This document shows, one piece after another, positions 52,150-64,000 of a DNA stretch of 64,000 nt. Source of the stretch: Octopus vulgaris. Lineage: Eukaryota. The stretch lies in the NCBI GenBank assembly GCA_951406725.2, contig OX597815.1, positions 57,288,001 to 57,352,000 of the forward strand, read 5' to 3'. The translations under genes were made by a program, and so were the position numbers. Each line of letters begins with the position of its first letter. Position 1 is the first letter of the stretch. Under the pieces are notes generated by a model, which worked only from the letters and a program-made list of their open reading frames with translations, searched no databases and was not told where the DNA came from.

Positions 52150-53970
52150 AAGTCAGTAGAGATTGAATAAACAGCCAAAAGGGAACTGCTTATCACTGAC
52201 TATTTTGCTGAACATAACACTCCCTTTGCAAGCACTGGCCATCTGATGGCATGAAAGGGTGAATATCTGGACAGTCAGATTGCTAAAAAATTATCATTGA
52301 AAAAACAAAACTTTCATATGTTATTCAAAATGGCGTAACCTTTCTTCAAAACTTAGTGATAACAAGTATCTGTCTGATACAAAAGTTTTCTGTTTTAATT
52401 TATGAAAGTACTGGTATTTCAGTTACTCAAACTTTGGCTGAAGCTGTGAGCTACTTTAATTTCAATAAGCATGATGTTGCAAATGCATTGCTAGATACTG
52501 TGGTTGCTGAAAATGGAGCAGCTCTTGGTCTTTACAATGCTCTCAAATCTACTTTACATGAAAGAAATATTCCTCTAGAAAATACTGGATTTGCAAACAA
52601 TAATTGTTCTATAGTGGATATCAAAAGTTCCAGAAATTACTAACAGATAATGTGCTTTTGGTTTTTATCATCAGGTATCTTTGTCTATGTGGTAGCCATT
52701 CTATAGCATATTGCCTTCATATTTGGTGGCTTTCACAAAAGATTTTATATCTTACTTTTCTGTACAGTAGCAAGCAACAATGGTACACTTATTCAAGAAA
52801 TTGTTGCAGCAAAATGCCTATCTTAAGAAAAATTTATTACAATGATATTTGAACAATTTGACAGTTTACTTCTTTATTTCCAAAGTGAATTTGAAGTCGA
52901 CATATTCAATGGTGCCATTAGGCATTAAGCAATCCCTGAATCAATAACATATTATTTTTCCTTCAGTATGTACTAAACAAAGTAAATTTATTAAATGTTG
53001 TGTTTCAAATTACATTGTCTATATTCAATGACATTATCAGAATACAAGAATCTCTTGAATTTCTTTATTAAATATAAATTACTGAAGAAAATTGAATTAC
53101 TAGAAATTAATCCAAATGATGAAAGATTAAAAAACATTGATGATATTTACTTTAGAGAGAAGATGACAGCACATCTAATAAGTGAAACATTTGATAGTGT
53201 TAGAAAAACCAAAACTAGTTGAAATTCATAGGAGAACTTTATTTTCAAATTTGAAAAAGGTTTCCTTTTATTAAAGTTAGAATTATTGTTATATTAAATA
53301 TATTAGATTGTCATGTAGCTTATGATCCCAGTATTTCTCTAACATATATCACTCCACTAGCTGTTCATCACCTATCTGTTACGTCAAAAAACAGTCTAAA
53401 TGATTTGGATGGTCAATGGAAAACTATAGTTTAACAACAAACAAAAGCATAAAAGATGGACTTCATAGTTCAAAATATGATTTGTTAACCAATTTTGAAA
53501 AAGGTTTCCTTTTATTAAAGTTAGAATTATTGTTATATTAAATATATTAGATTGTCATGTAGCTTATGATCCCAGTATTTCTCTAACATATATCACTCCA
53601 CTAGCTGTTCATCACCTATCTGTTACGTCAAAAAACAGTCTAAATGATTTGGATGGTCAATGGAAAACTATAGTTTAACAACAAACAAAAGCATAAAAGA
53701 TGGACTTCATAGTTCAAAATATGATTTGTTAACCAATTTTAAAACTAATTTAACTATCTTTTTACATTCTTCAGCATGCCCTGAAAGAAAATGTACTATA
53801 TCAAAACAGCTCTAATGTGTCAAAACAAGAAATATCAATTCTTTAGAAGGGAAAATTGTAAAGAAGCCACATTACTTTCAAAGCAATCTTTTTCTAGAAA
53901 TACTGTGGAATGCACTATGTGGGGACCCAGAAAAGAATTAACCAAGCTTTTGGTTGGAAGATGGCGTAAT
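52150..53970 (+). mobile_element. Decayed hAT-like transposase
   Basis: FAEHN.PF, FSVLI(Y/D)ESTGIS, GFA.NN and SSA.PER remnants. Confidence 0.6.
53250..53740 (+). repeat. Exact 244-bp tandem duplication
   Basis: TTTGAAAAAGGTTTCC...TTGTTAACCAATTTT occurs twice with no differences seen. Confidence 0.9.
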
Positions 53971-54089
53971 TAAAAGATAATTTTAAAAAATAAAGAATCA
54001 TTTATTTTTTCAAGAGGATGAGAAGGAGGAGTAATTATTGTTATAATTATAAGTTTATAATATTGTTATAATTATAAGTAAACATTATA

Positions 54090-54785
54090 AACCGCACATA
54101 CTCAGCATATGTGTTTTGCTTTTTCACCAGTTAACTGTGGTATAACGTTCTGGGAATGACTCCCTCATAGCTCTGGGTGTTAAAATGCCTGAGAGTCATA
54201 GACAGGCGAGATAACTTGCCTCCAATCCCATTCAGGAGTGATGGATACTGATTTTTTACCATTTTCGTGGCTTATCAACACCACATACCTTAATTATGTC
54301 AGGGATGAACCAAATTGCCAGTCTATGGCTATATACAAATATTATAAGAACTTAAGAAGCATTTTCAGGTATGCCATGGTGATGCATACATAAGATGAAG
54401 TTCAATTATGAATTAAAAGCAGCACTAATGTTATAAACAATATCGACCACACATGCTCAGTGTATGTGTTTTGCTTGTTTGCCAGTTTTCTATGGTTTAG
54501 TGCTTTGGGAACAACTCCTGCATAGTGCTGAGTGTTAAAACACCTGCAAGTCATAGACAGACATGACAACTTGTTTCAAAATCCCATTTGGGAACGATTG
54601 TGGCTTATCCAAATGGGATTGGAAGCAAGTTGTCTCACCTGTCTATAACTTTCAGTTGTTTTAGCACCCACCATTATGAGGGAGTTGTTCCCAAAACGAT
54701 AATGCAGTGAACTGAGGAGCAAACTAAACACATTCATTGAGTATGTGTGGTTGATAATGTTAACAACATTCGCATTGCTTCCAAT
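54090..54785. mobile_element. MITE-like fold-back element plus an extra arm copy
   Basis: About 54415-54592 is an imperfect inverted repeat of about 54608-54785; 54090-54240 is a third arm copy in direct orientation. Confidence 0.65.
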
Positions 54786-55129
54786 ATATAAGTAAGATAT
54801 TTTCTATTTAAATTACATATATTTATAATCTGGGTCCTTTTGTTATCCAAGCCTGATCTAAGGTTTTCCTGACAATCTCATTGACAGTACGTATTCTTAT
54901 TTAAACTCTTATTCTTTCTCTATTGTTCGCCACTTCAACTCAGAAATAGCCAACATCATCACCAATTGACTGTTATTTTATAATATAAGCTACTTACAAT
55001 ATTTGTTTCTAATACTACAGTAATTTGTAGGTACTGATATGATAAAATAATGTTTTTGAAAAAGAATAAAATGTTTGATTAAATATAGTTTACTTATTAT
55101 AGGCAGTTACATCAAGGGAGAAAGTTTAT

Positions 55130-58100
55130 TGTGGTGTGTGCGAGAGATTCGAAATAAAGGCACCTACCTTCTCTTCGCTCTGATGAGATAGCAGCTGCTT
55201 CACCCAACCTTAACAACGTGATCACCCGTCTTAACCCCTCGACGACTGGACTCGAAAAGGCAGAATGACCCGCTCGCTGCACACGCGTCACGGCTGCCCC
55301 TTCCAGTCAGCCCCAAGTTCCGGTCAGCTCCCCAGCTGCTGACGTCATCCCACATGCCACCCTGATCTTAAAGATCACAATCTCTCTACTCCATATCGTA
55401 GTCCACCATCCAACCGGGAGGGCGCCTTGCGCGTCAAGATCTTCTCAAGCTGGCCACCTCGTTCTCCCCCTCTCCGTCGAAGCGACAATCCTGCGGAGGT
55501 CCAAGACGTGTCGTGGCATTCCATCCACGGAGACGTTGTTTCTGGAATTGATCGCCGTCACCATTCCTCTGCTCCATTGAGACGTACAGCGCGCCTTTGG
55601 TGGCTTAACCCAGACTTCCTCCCCTATTTTCACGCAAACGGGTCCCTTCTCTTCCTCGTGGCCCTCCGGCGCTTTGCTCGGGTGCCTCCATTCATATTTA
55701 AATACAGCTCTCTGTGGCACAGATTCCTCAGCTTGTCCGGATCGGGGAGACAAGTTGTACCAAAAAACTGCTTCAAGCGTCGAAATGTGCCCTCTTTCCG
55801 CTATGGCCTTGACTGTCCGATGGTACCTCTCTACGATCCCGTTACCGCTCGGCCTATACACTGCTCTGAACAAGCGACGCACCTTCCACGGATCAAGCAT
55901 AACCCTCAATGCTTCCGAACGAAACGCCACCTCGTCCATCAGCAGAGACCTCTCTCTAAAAATATCTCGTTCAAGATCTGCGCGATCTCGTCAGCAATGC
56001 CCGTTCTCAACTCCCTCCAAATGGCCAGCTGGCCTGGCCCGCAGTCGACCATGGAGAGGTACATTCCCTGATGGTAGTGCGTCATATCCACAGCTAGCCT
56101 TTTCCAGTTGTGCTCCACTGAAAGGCTTCCCTGTTCATGCCCACACGGAGCAGGGTCGATGGACTGACACCTGTCGCAGCTCCCGACCACTTTCCGGATG
56201 CTTCTCCTAGTGACGTCAGCATCAATTTTCTTCGCCAGATACAGGGTCCTGTCCACACCCAGGTGATGCATAGCATGCAGTCTCTTCAGTTCAGAGTCAT
56301 CTAACCGACACGCCGCAGCTATCCCTTTCCAGGCCTCCTCTGGTTCTTCCAACCACGCTCTTTTCACCCTTGTCAGTGCGTCCGCCCTGTTTTTCTCCGA
56401 AGGCACAAAAACCACGTTCAGCTTCAGTCCGAACTCGGCGATCAATTCACCTAGAACTCCTAGACGGTACTTCACTAACATCTCTGCGGCACCTTTCGTC
56501 CGCACCCTCCGTTCACCAGTGATCACTGATCCTACCCAGCCAAGCATAGCGTCCGGATTTCAATCGTGCGCAGCTCCCATTTCAGGGCCAAGTTCACCCC
56601 TTTCAGCACCGCGTGTAATTCGGTGACATTGATGTGGTTGAAGTCATCTGCTTTCTGAAGCCAGGCCACGTCCTCCACCGCAGCACCTTCGATTGCCAAC
56701 ACAACTCCTATCGCTATACTGCATTCCATCTTGGGCACGTACCAGTTCTCCCTGACCAGATCTTCTGCTCTTGTCCTCTCTAGGATTTCCTGCATCATCG
56801 CCACTGTCCCTTCTCCCACCTTGTCGCCCCAACTCTCCCCCTCCGCTCGTCTCTTGGTGTAACTGCATGCCGTGCGCAGCCATCCAGCGATCGGGTAGTG
56901 ACCGACCAACTTCCCACACACCGAGAACAGCTCTCTCCTGCTGATGCTGGAACTCAGCTCTGGGATTTCATTCCCTCTCCGGAACACCAGTTCACCCGAT
57001 CTATCTCTTCGCAGCTTCAGCCCCAGCGCGGCTCCCCCTTCCATCGAATCCAGTGGCTTCGCAATCAGTCCGAACTTCTCCAGATGTCTAACTACCTCGT
57101 TGGCTGGCCCTACAGTTTCGTCCACCAAAATGTCGTCAATGTAGGAGCTGGTGACCTCTCTAATCTTGCCATCTTTCCCTAGGACGGACTTAAGCACTTC
57201 CGCCATGATCTTCGGAGCGGAATTCAGCCTGGTTAAACAGTACGTCCGGCCTTTGTACCGCACCAGCTGATATCACCACAGTTTGTCGCTCACATGGAGC
57301 TGCAAGTATGCCGATTTCAAGTCGACAATCGTCGCTGCCTTGGTCAACTGTCTCCACACACGTAACGTCTCGCCACAAACGTCTGTTGCCTCACCTCCTG
57401 TGTGACACGATATATGCTGGCTTAGCTCCCTGAAGTCCAGCACCGGTCTGACTTTTCCCTTCGTAGGCTGCACCACCGCTATCAGGGGTAGCACTCCGAC
57501 CACTACCTCCTCCTCCCAAGGGACAAGGACCCCTTCTTCGATCCACCTCTCAACCTCGTCCTCAAACTCAACCCTGGCGTGGCCTTTCAGGGTATGCTGG
57601 TAACAGCTCACTCTGTTTTTCAGCATCAGGGGCTCATCCTTCCATCTCCACTCTATCGTCCACCGCTGACCATCGAACACCGCCTGAAAGTCTTTGTCCT
57701 CAATGGTGTAAGCAGCGCAGTCCCTCGCGGGGCTCTGCTCTCTCTGGTGATCCTGACTCGCAGTGCACGACGCCCCCACACTTCCGAACGTGACCTCATC
57801 TCCCACAATACTGACGCCACCGAGGCGGTTGATGGCGTCCATCCCCATCACCACATCAACCCCATCTATCACGCGTTCAGCCACAATTACCTGCAGCCTT
57901 AGCATTGCGCCGCGCACCACTGTCTCCACCTTGCTGCTGCCCCTGCAACGGATTTCGCTGCCGTCAACCACCCGGACACTACTAGCCCTGTTCCATTTCT
58001 TTGTCACCCTTGAAGTCACAAGGGTGGTCATGCAGCCTGTATCCACGAGGGCCCTGAACGTCTTCCCCTCGGCCTCCACGTCAATTAATGGCAGCGTCTC

Positions 58101-59160
58101 CAATAGCATCTCTACTCGTTTGCGAGGAAAGTTCAAGAGGCAGCAACTTCCTGCGGTAGTTTCCCTGGTCGCAATCACGGGCGATGTGCCCGGTCTGCCT
58201 GCATCAATAGCAAACGGGCCCCAGTTGCATACAGTCCCGTGCCATGTGCGACCCCTGACATCTAAAACACCGACCTGAGAACGGCCGGTGTCGTTGCATG
58301 GTAGGCTTCTGTACGTCTTTCTCCGGTCGTTGTCCGTCTTTACGCACCGCCATCGCTATCGCCTTCCGCCCAGAGTGTCGTGTCAACACGCAGACTTGAG
58401 TCACAAGTTCGCTCAGTGCCATCTTTTTAATCCCGGGCAATCGTTGTAGGTGAATCCCTACATCGTCGGGGAACCCATTTACAAACGCCAGTCGCGCTGC
58501 TCTCTCCAGCCCTTCTCCTGTAAACCCGGCCAGCATCGCTAACCTTCGAACCTCCACGGCGTACTCGTCCACCTGTCCTCCCGTCCATCTGATCGTACCC
58601 AGTTTAGCAAAAGCTGTGTATTCACACTCTGTGTAGGCATCCCGCAGACGTTGCTCTATCTTTTCCTCGCTCAGGTGTTCCTCCTCGTCCATCTCAAGAT
58701 ATAGCGTCAACGCGCTCCCTTCTAAATACAGTGCCATAAGACTTGCCACATCGCTTATACCTTGCAGTCTTGCCACCAGCCTAATTTTACGAATCCAGGC
58801 CACTCTATCGCCTTCACCATTAATGGGTCTAATGATGTCGCTGGCGATCCTGATTTTCGCTGCCATTGTGTCGACGACTTATATGGATCGCCGAAATAGC
58901 TTGTGGTGTGTGCGAGAGATTCGAAATAAAGGCACCTACCTTCTCTTCGCTCTGTAACGGATCCTTCGACACAGCCCGACCCGAACGCTAGAGATAGCAG
59001 CTGCTTCACCCAACCTTAACAACGTGATCACCCATCTTAACCCCTCGACGACCGAACTCGAAAAGGCAGAATGACCCGCTCGCTGCGCACGCGTCACGGC
59101 TGCCCCTTCCGGTCAGCCCCAAGTTCCAGTCAGCTCCCCAGCTGCTGATGTCATCCCACA
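55130..59160 (-). mobile_element. Structurally complete Ty3/Gypsy LTR retrotransposon (4031 bp)
   Basis: LTRs at 58902-59160 and 55130-55354 with TGTGG...CCACA ends; 5-bp TSD TTTAT; gag with Zn knuckles, protease LVDTG, RT YIDD, RNase H, and integrase HHCC plus NGIVERYHR; several frameshifts. Confidence 0.96.
58890..58901 (-). promoter_or_regulatory. Putative non-canonical primer-binding site
   Basis: AGCTATTTCGGC immediately follows the 5' LTR and is complementary to tRNA-Phe nt 1-12 (GCCGAAAUAGCU). Confidence 0.55.
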
Positions 59161-59839
59161 TTTATTATTGTAATGAAGAATTGTATTAAATTTCTACCTC
59201 CAACTTTGTTCCTCTTCCAACCCATGATCTCTCTCCCTTTCTCTCTTTATGGTGAATGGATGGACCAACCAACAACAAACATGTTATAACCATTACATAG
59301 ATTATTTCAATTCATCAGAGGCTTTAGGTTTATCTTTTTGTATCAATATTAAATTAATACTTTGCTGGATATTGTGTTGTAACTTTATATTTAAAAAATC
59401 TTACATATTAATTTATAAGTTTTCATAAGGTCACAAGCATTTTTCATTGAAAACATCGATTGAAAACAGATATTTCTTATTGAAAACAATTATTAAATGT
59501 GTGACACTTTCTTATGTTGTGCATCCAGGGAAATTGCTTTTCTGCTAAGGCAAAAGGCTAAAGTATTATCTGTGAAGTAAGTGGGACATGGATTGAAAAG
59601 AAAATGTACAATTGATGTACTAAATGTACAAGAGCATGGCAAAATTAGTATTGGGGTTTTATATCTTTAAAACATTTGGATGTATAATTTAATGAAGCAG
59701 AGATAAAAATCAATGTCTTCACAAGTTGTACTTTTTATTTTTATTTTATTCCAAAAATGCCCTCTGGCATCATCAACAGTATAACAATCTGACAAGTCAT
59801 CTTTTAACCACACAGGTGTGTTAATGTCTATCACCACAA

Positions 59840-62700
59840 CACCTCCCCTTTTGAGATTGACATCTGTTAGAAGTGAATATTTTTTTCTACTCCACATCTT
59901 CCTTTTTGAGATTTACTTCCATTTGAAACTCAATATTTTTTTAACTTCCAACAATTCTGTGTGTTTTCTTTTTCTTGTACTGTTATGCCTTGATTCAACA
60001 ATTTTTTGTAGAGATGGCACATCAAAAATATCGTATTTAGCTTCCATGTGTACCTCTTTCCTCATAACCCCTTCTTCAGCAAACCGTTTCAGCTGATTTA
60101 TGTGTCTTTTATGTTCCCATTTTGAACCTTTTACCATGTACATAATTTTACCAACCTGTTTTATTATTTTGCTGTCTTCCCAACCTTCTTTTCCATTTCT
60201 GTACGCTCTGAAAAATATCTTATCACCAGTTTTAAAATACTTGGTCGTATTTTGAATGTTTTGCCTAGTTTTTATTTTTCTTCCCATCAATAACTTGTCT
60301 AAAACTGCCCTAACTTTTCTTGCAAACATCAGTTCAGCGGGCAACTTAACTGAAAAGGTATTAGTGTTTGGCATTACATGGTAAACTCTTAGGAATTGTG
60401 TCAATGCTACATCATTCACTAACGCATTTCTGGATTTCTTTAGTGCCCTTTTGAACATGTCCACAAAGTGTTCAGCTTTTCCATTCAATCTTGGATGATA
60501 CGGAAGAGTAGTGATATGTTCAATTGAATACATCTTGCAAAAATTCTTAAATTCATTCGTCGTAAATTGTGTATCAGAGATTATGGTATCCAGGACACCA
60601 TACACTGTTACTCTGGAGGTTGGGTTTCTACATTTACACATTTCTGGCCATTTTGTAAAGCTATCTACCACTATTAGATAATATGATCAGTTTAATGGTC
60701 TTGTGAAGTCTATGTGTAGCCTGGTCCATGGAATATTGGTCTTTGGCAAAGGTTGAAATTATATAGGTGGTGATTTTGCTGCAAGAGCACAACCTCTGCA
60801 GGATTTTACCAATTTCTCAATATCTAGATCCATTTTCAGCCAGTAAACATAACTCCTCATAAGCGACTTTATCCCAGAAACTCCTGGATGTCCAGTGTGG
60901 AATTCCTTTAACATTCAATTTTGTAGTGAGGCAGGCATTATGACCCTCTGTGCATACATAAGCACATTATCACATATTGAGTACAAATTTAAAACTGTGT
61001 TACATCCATCCACATGTATTTTTTTAATTGTTTCTTCTGATCTCACAAATTTTTTCATTTTTATGATAAACTCATCTGTCTCTGCCTTAATTTTTATTTC
61101 CTCCAATATCACAGGCAATTCATTCACAAAGTTGCACTATATATTTTTTATTTCATTTTCGGCTTTTAACGCCACTGTCTTGCAGTGGTCCACTGTATTT
61201 TGGTATTAACCTTGATAAACCATCTGCATGTCCCAATTTTTTAGCTGGCAAATACTCCATTTTTAAGTCATAATTTAGTAAGATCGCTTCCCAGTGTTGC
61301 AATCTGTTGGCTGTATGTGTGGGGATAACCTTTTTAGATCCATAGATCGTCAATGATGAGTGGTGGTCTGTCTGCAAATGGAACCTTCTTCCATGCATAA
61401 ATTTATGGAATTTTTTTACTGCAAATATGATGGCTAATGCTCCTTTTTTTATTTGGCTGTCACTTTTCTCAGCCAGCAGTAATGAACGAGAAGCATGAGC
61501 TACTGCTTTCACACTACCATCTTTATATTTGTATAAAATCACAGCTCCAATACCACTTTCACTAGCATCTGCTGCCACTACTATTTCTAAATTTGGGTCA
61601 AAATGTGATAACGACAATTCCAACATTAAGACGTTTTTAATTTCTTCAAAGGCTCTTTGGCATTTGTCCAACCAGTTCCACTTGACATCATTTTTAAACA
61701 AGTTATTCAGGGGTGCTCTTAAATCATGCATATTCGGTATGTATACCTGGTAGTAATTTGTGAGCCCCCAAAATGCTTGTAACATTGTAATGTTTGTTGG
61801 AGGAGGCATATTTTTTATTGTACTTGCCCTAGATGGGTCTCGTCTGTGTCCATTTTCATCGATAATCTGCCCTAGATATTTTATTCTTGGCATAAAAAAA
61901 TTCACACTTTTCATCGCTGAGCTTAAACCCACAATCATTTATCTTTTTGAAGACCTTTTTAAACATGTTCATCATGCTGACCCCAAGATTCACTTTTTAT
62001 GGGTTTGTTGTCAAGATAAGTTATAGCGAAATCCAAACCTGCGAGCATAGTGTTCATAACTTGTTAGAAAATACCAGGTGCTACCTTTATACCAAAAGGA
62101 AGTTGATTAAATTTATACAACCCTGTATGGATATTTATTGTCAATGACGTAGAACATTCTTCATCAACTTTTACCTGCAAGTTTGCTTCAGATAGGTCCA
62201 ACTTTGAGAAAAATTTTTCTCCATTCAACTTCGCGAAAATTTCCTCCAGACTTGGTAACAGGTAATTATATGGCATCAAGCATTCGTTTAAACCTGTTGA
62301 AAAATTAGCACATACTTGCATTTTATTACTTTTTCTTGACATAAACTGTTGGGGATGGCCATTTTGTGTAATCAATTTTTTCAGTAATGCCAAGCTTTTC
62401 AAGTCTATCCAATTTCTTCATTGACTTGTTTCAGTGCTGTGAAAGGTACAATTCGTTTTGGTTTAAATGCTGGTATAGCATTTTCTTTCACTTGAAACTT
62501 CACCTCTGTTTTGATGCAATGACCCAATTCATCAGAAAAAACGTCAGGGAAAATTTTTTTAAATTCTTTTTTTAAATCCTCTGACATCTTATTTGTACTG
62601 GCTGAAGAACCATTCACATTTTTGCAAAAAATATTTATGTAGACGTCCCATAAGTTACATAATTCCATCAAATCTGTTCGTATTTTTCAGCACAAAAACT
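59840..62700 (-). mobile_element. Decayed Ty3/Gypsy pol with PPT; a 3' LTR probably extends left of 59839
   Basis: FSKLDLSEA, LPFGIKVAPGIF, ADASESGIGAV, VDSFTKWPE and PYHPRLNG.AE motifs; purine tract AAAAGGGGAGG followed by TGT. Confidence 0.88.
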
Positions 62701-63749
62701 TAGGCCTATGATATGCCTCTTGGTCCTGAGGCATATCATAGGAGTTAACTCAAGACCGCTACCTGCCATTATAACCTTTGTGGATTTCAGCAACAAGTTT
62801 GACAGCAACCATTACAAAATGTTGAAGATGCTTTGAGCATATGGCATTCTAGACATTGCAAAGGCCTATGAGAAGACCAGAGCAAATGTGTTGTCATCTA
62901 ATGGAAAAATGGAATTCTTTCAGAATAGCTATCCCATATATATGGGAATTTCCCCAATTTTGTCAGGACGCCCCACCCCCTTCTTTTATTTTCATGCATT
63001 GCAAAACAAGGAAGGGAAACTTTTTAAATAAAAGTTTTTAAAATCGATGCCTTTTAAATGTTCGTCTCCCCTGCCACACACACACACACACACACTTATT
63101 GTGCCTTTAGAACAACAACAATTAAAATGATATATTTTTCTTTTTCGTAATTTTTTGCCAGTTATCGTATTCATATCGTATTCTTCATTCTGAAACATTT
63201 GTAACTCACATTAAAGAAAGAAAAAATCTTACCTCTGCTTCCCTCCTTCATTGTACTTTTCACAATGAAGGAAAAATCAAACACTGGAAGTGGAAGTGTG
63301 AGAAAAAAATTTGAATTTTGAAAAGTGTAGCTATAAAGCAACATTTTCAGTCATTTATTTAAATTTTCTCTGCTAATTTGTCAAATACAATTACATGCAA
63401 TAGATGGGTTTTGAGATTTAAATTTGCTAATTTTCCAAGATTTTTATTCTTGTGTTTGAGGGGGCCCACTGAATTTGAGGTGCCTTGATCTCCCACGGTT
63501 TAAATCCAGTCTTGTACCTCATAATGATGAGAAATGAGGTTAATAGTTCAAAACTTTATCTTCTTATTAGCGTTCACTCAGCTTAGACATTTATGCTTAA
63601 AAATATTGAAGAAAATGTAAAATGGAAATAGCATCTCAACAACTCTTTTTTAATATATGTCCTTGCTCTGTTTTCTAATTTTGTAGATACATTGAACAAT
63701 AATGCAGTTTAATGTAATATGTTGCCAGTTCCTTTTGTTCTCCTTATAG

Positions 63750-63883
63750 TATCATCGAGAACTACAACGTCTTGTATCAGATGAACAGAAAATTGAACTT
63801 GGGAAATGTATGATTAGTTTTGCAAGGGAATGGATGAATTTCATCTCTGAGAAATGGGAAAAGGGCCGAGGGCGAAGGCCAAC
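63750..63883 (+). CDS. MAP3K4: MAP3K4 internal exon (YHRELQRLV...ISFAREWMNF...KGRGRRP)
   Basis: atAG/GTaagt, 134 nt, phase 0 to 2; resembles MEKK4 YHKEVVRL...ISFARKWMNY...GRGTRP. Confidence 0.93.
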
Positions 63884-64000
63884 GTAAGTATTAGTTTTTA
63901 ATTTTGCTTGGGAATGTCTTCCTTACAAATTGAACCCTTTTTTTTTGTATAATTTGAAAGAAATTGTGGCATATCAGCTGTATATAATCTATAATCCTGT

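Noticed and set aside
55179-55200. CTGATGAG in an LTR as a hammerhead core
   Set aside because: It is created by the indel relative to the other LTR, and there is no GAAA or stem context.
55427-58278. Plus-strand ORFs of 107-214 aa
   Set aside because: They are antisense shadows of the GC-rich Gypsy gag-pol.

Overview
Eukaryotic, AT-rich, repeat-dense genomic DNA. The tRNA-SINE families and microsatellite load suggest a coleoid cephalopod, probably Octopus; that assignment is inference. From about 18.7 kb onward the window holds eight in-phase internal exons of a MAP3K4/MEKK4 orthologue on the + strand. Their introns are packed with nested transposons: R4/Dong-like RLE LINEs, CR1-group and RTE LINEs, mariner, piggyBac, hAT, three Ty3/Gypsy elements and SINEs. 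The outstanding feature lies before the 100-N gap. It is a 5.9-kb head-to-head palindromic array (8+8 copies) of a 360-bp unit, inserted into a (TA)n tract. Every unit folds by hand into a type I hammerhead ribozyme with a variant core (CCGAUGA) and a palindromic, dimer-type stem III, which is the architecture of a non-LTR retrozyme / circular-RNA element. Two further unusual signals: a complete Gypsy element whose primer-binding site matches the first 12 nt of tRNA-Phe rather than a tRNA 3' end, and a tRNA-headed SINE carrying a degenerate hammerhead in its tail. All folds and homologies were read by eye; no computation was run.
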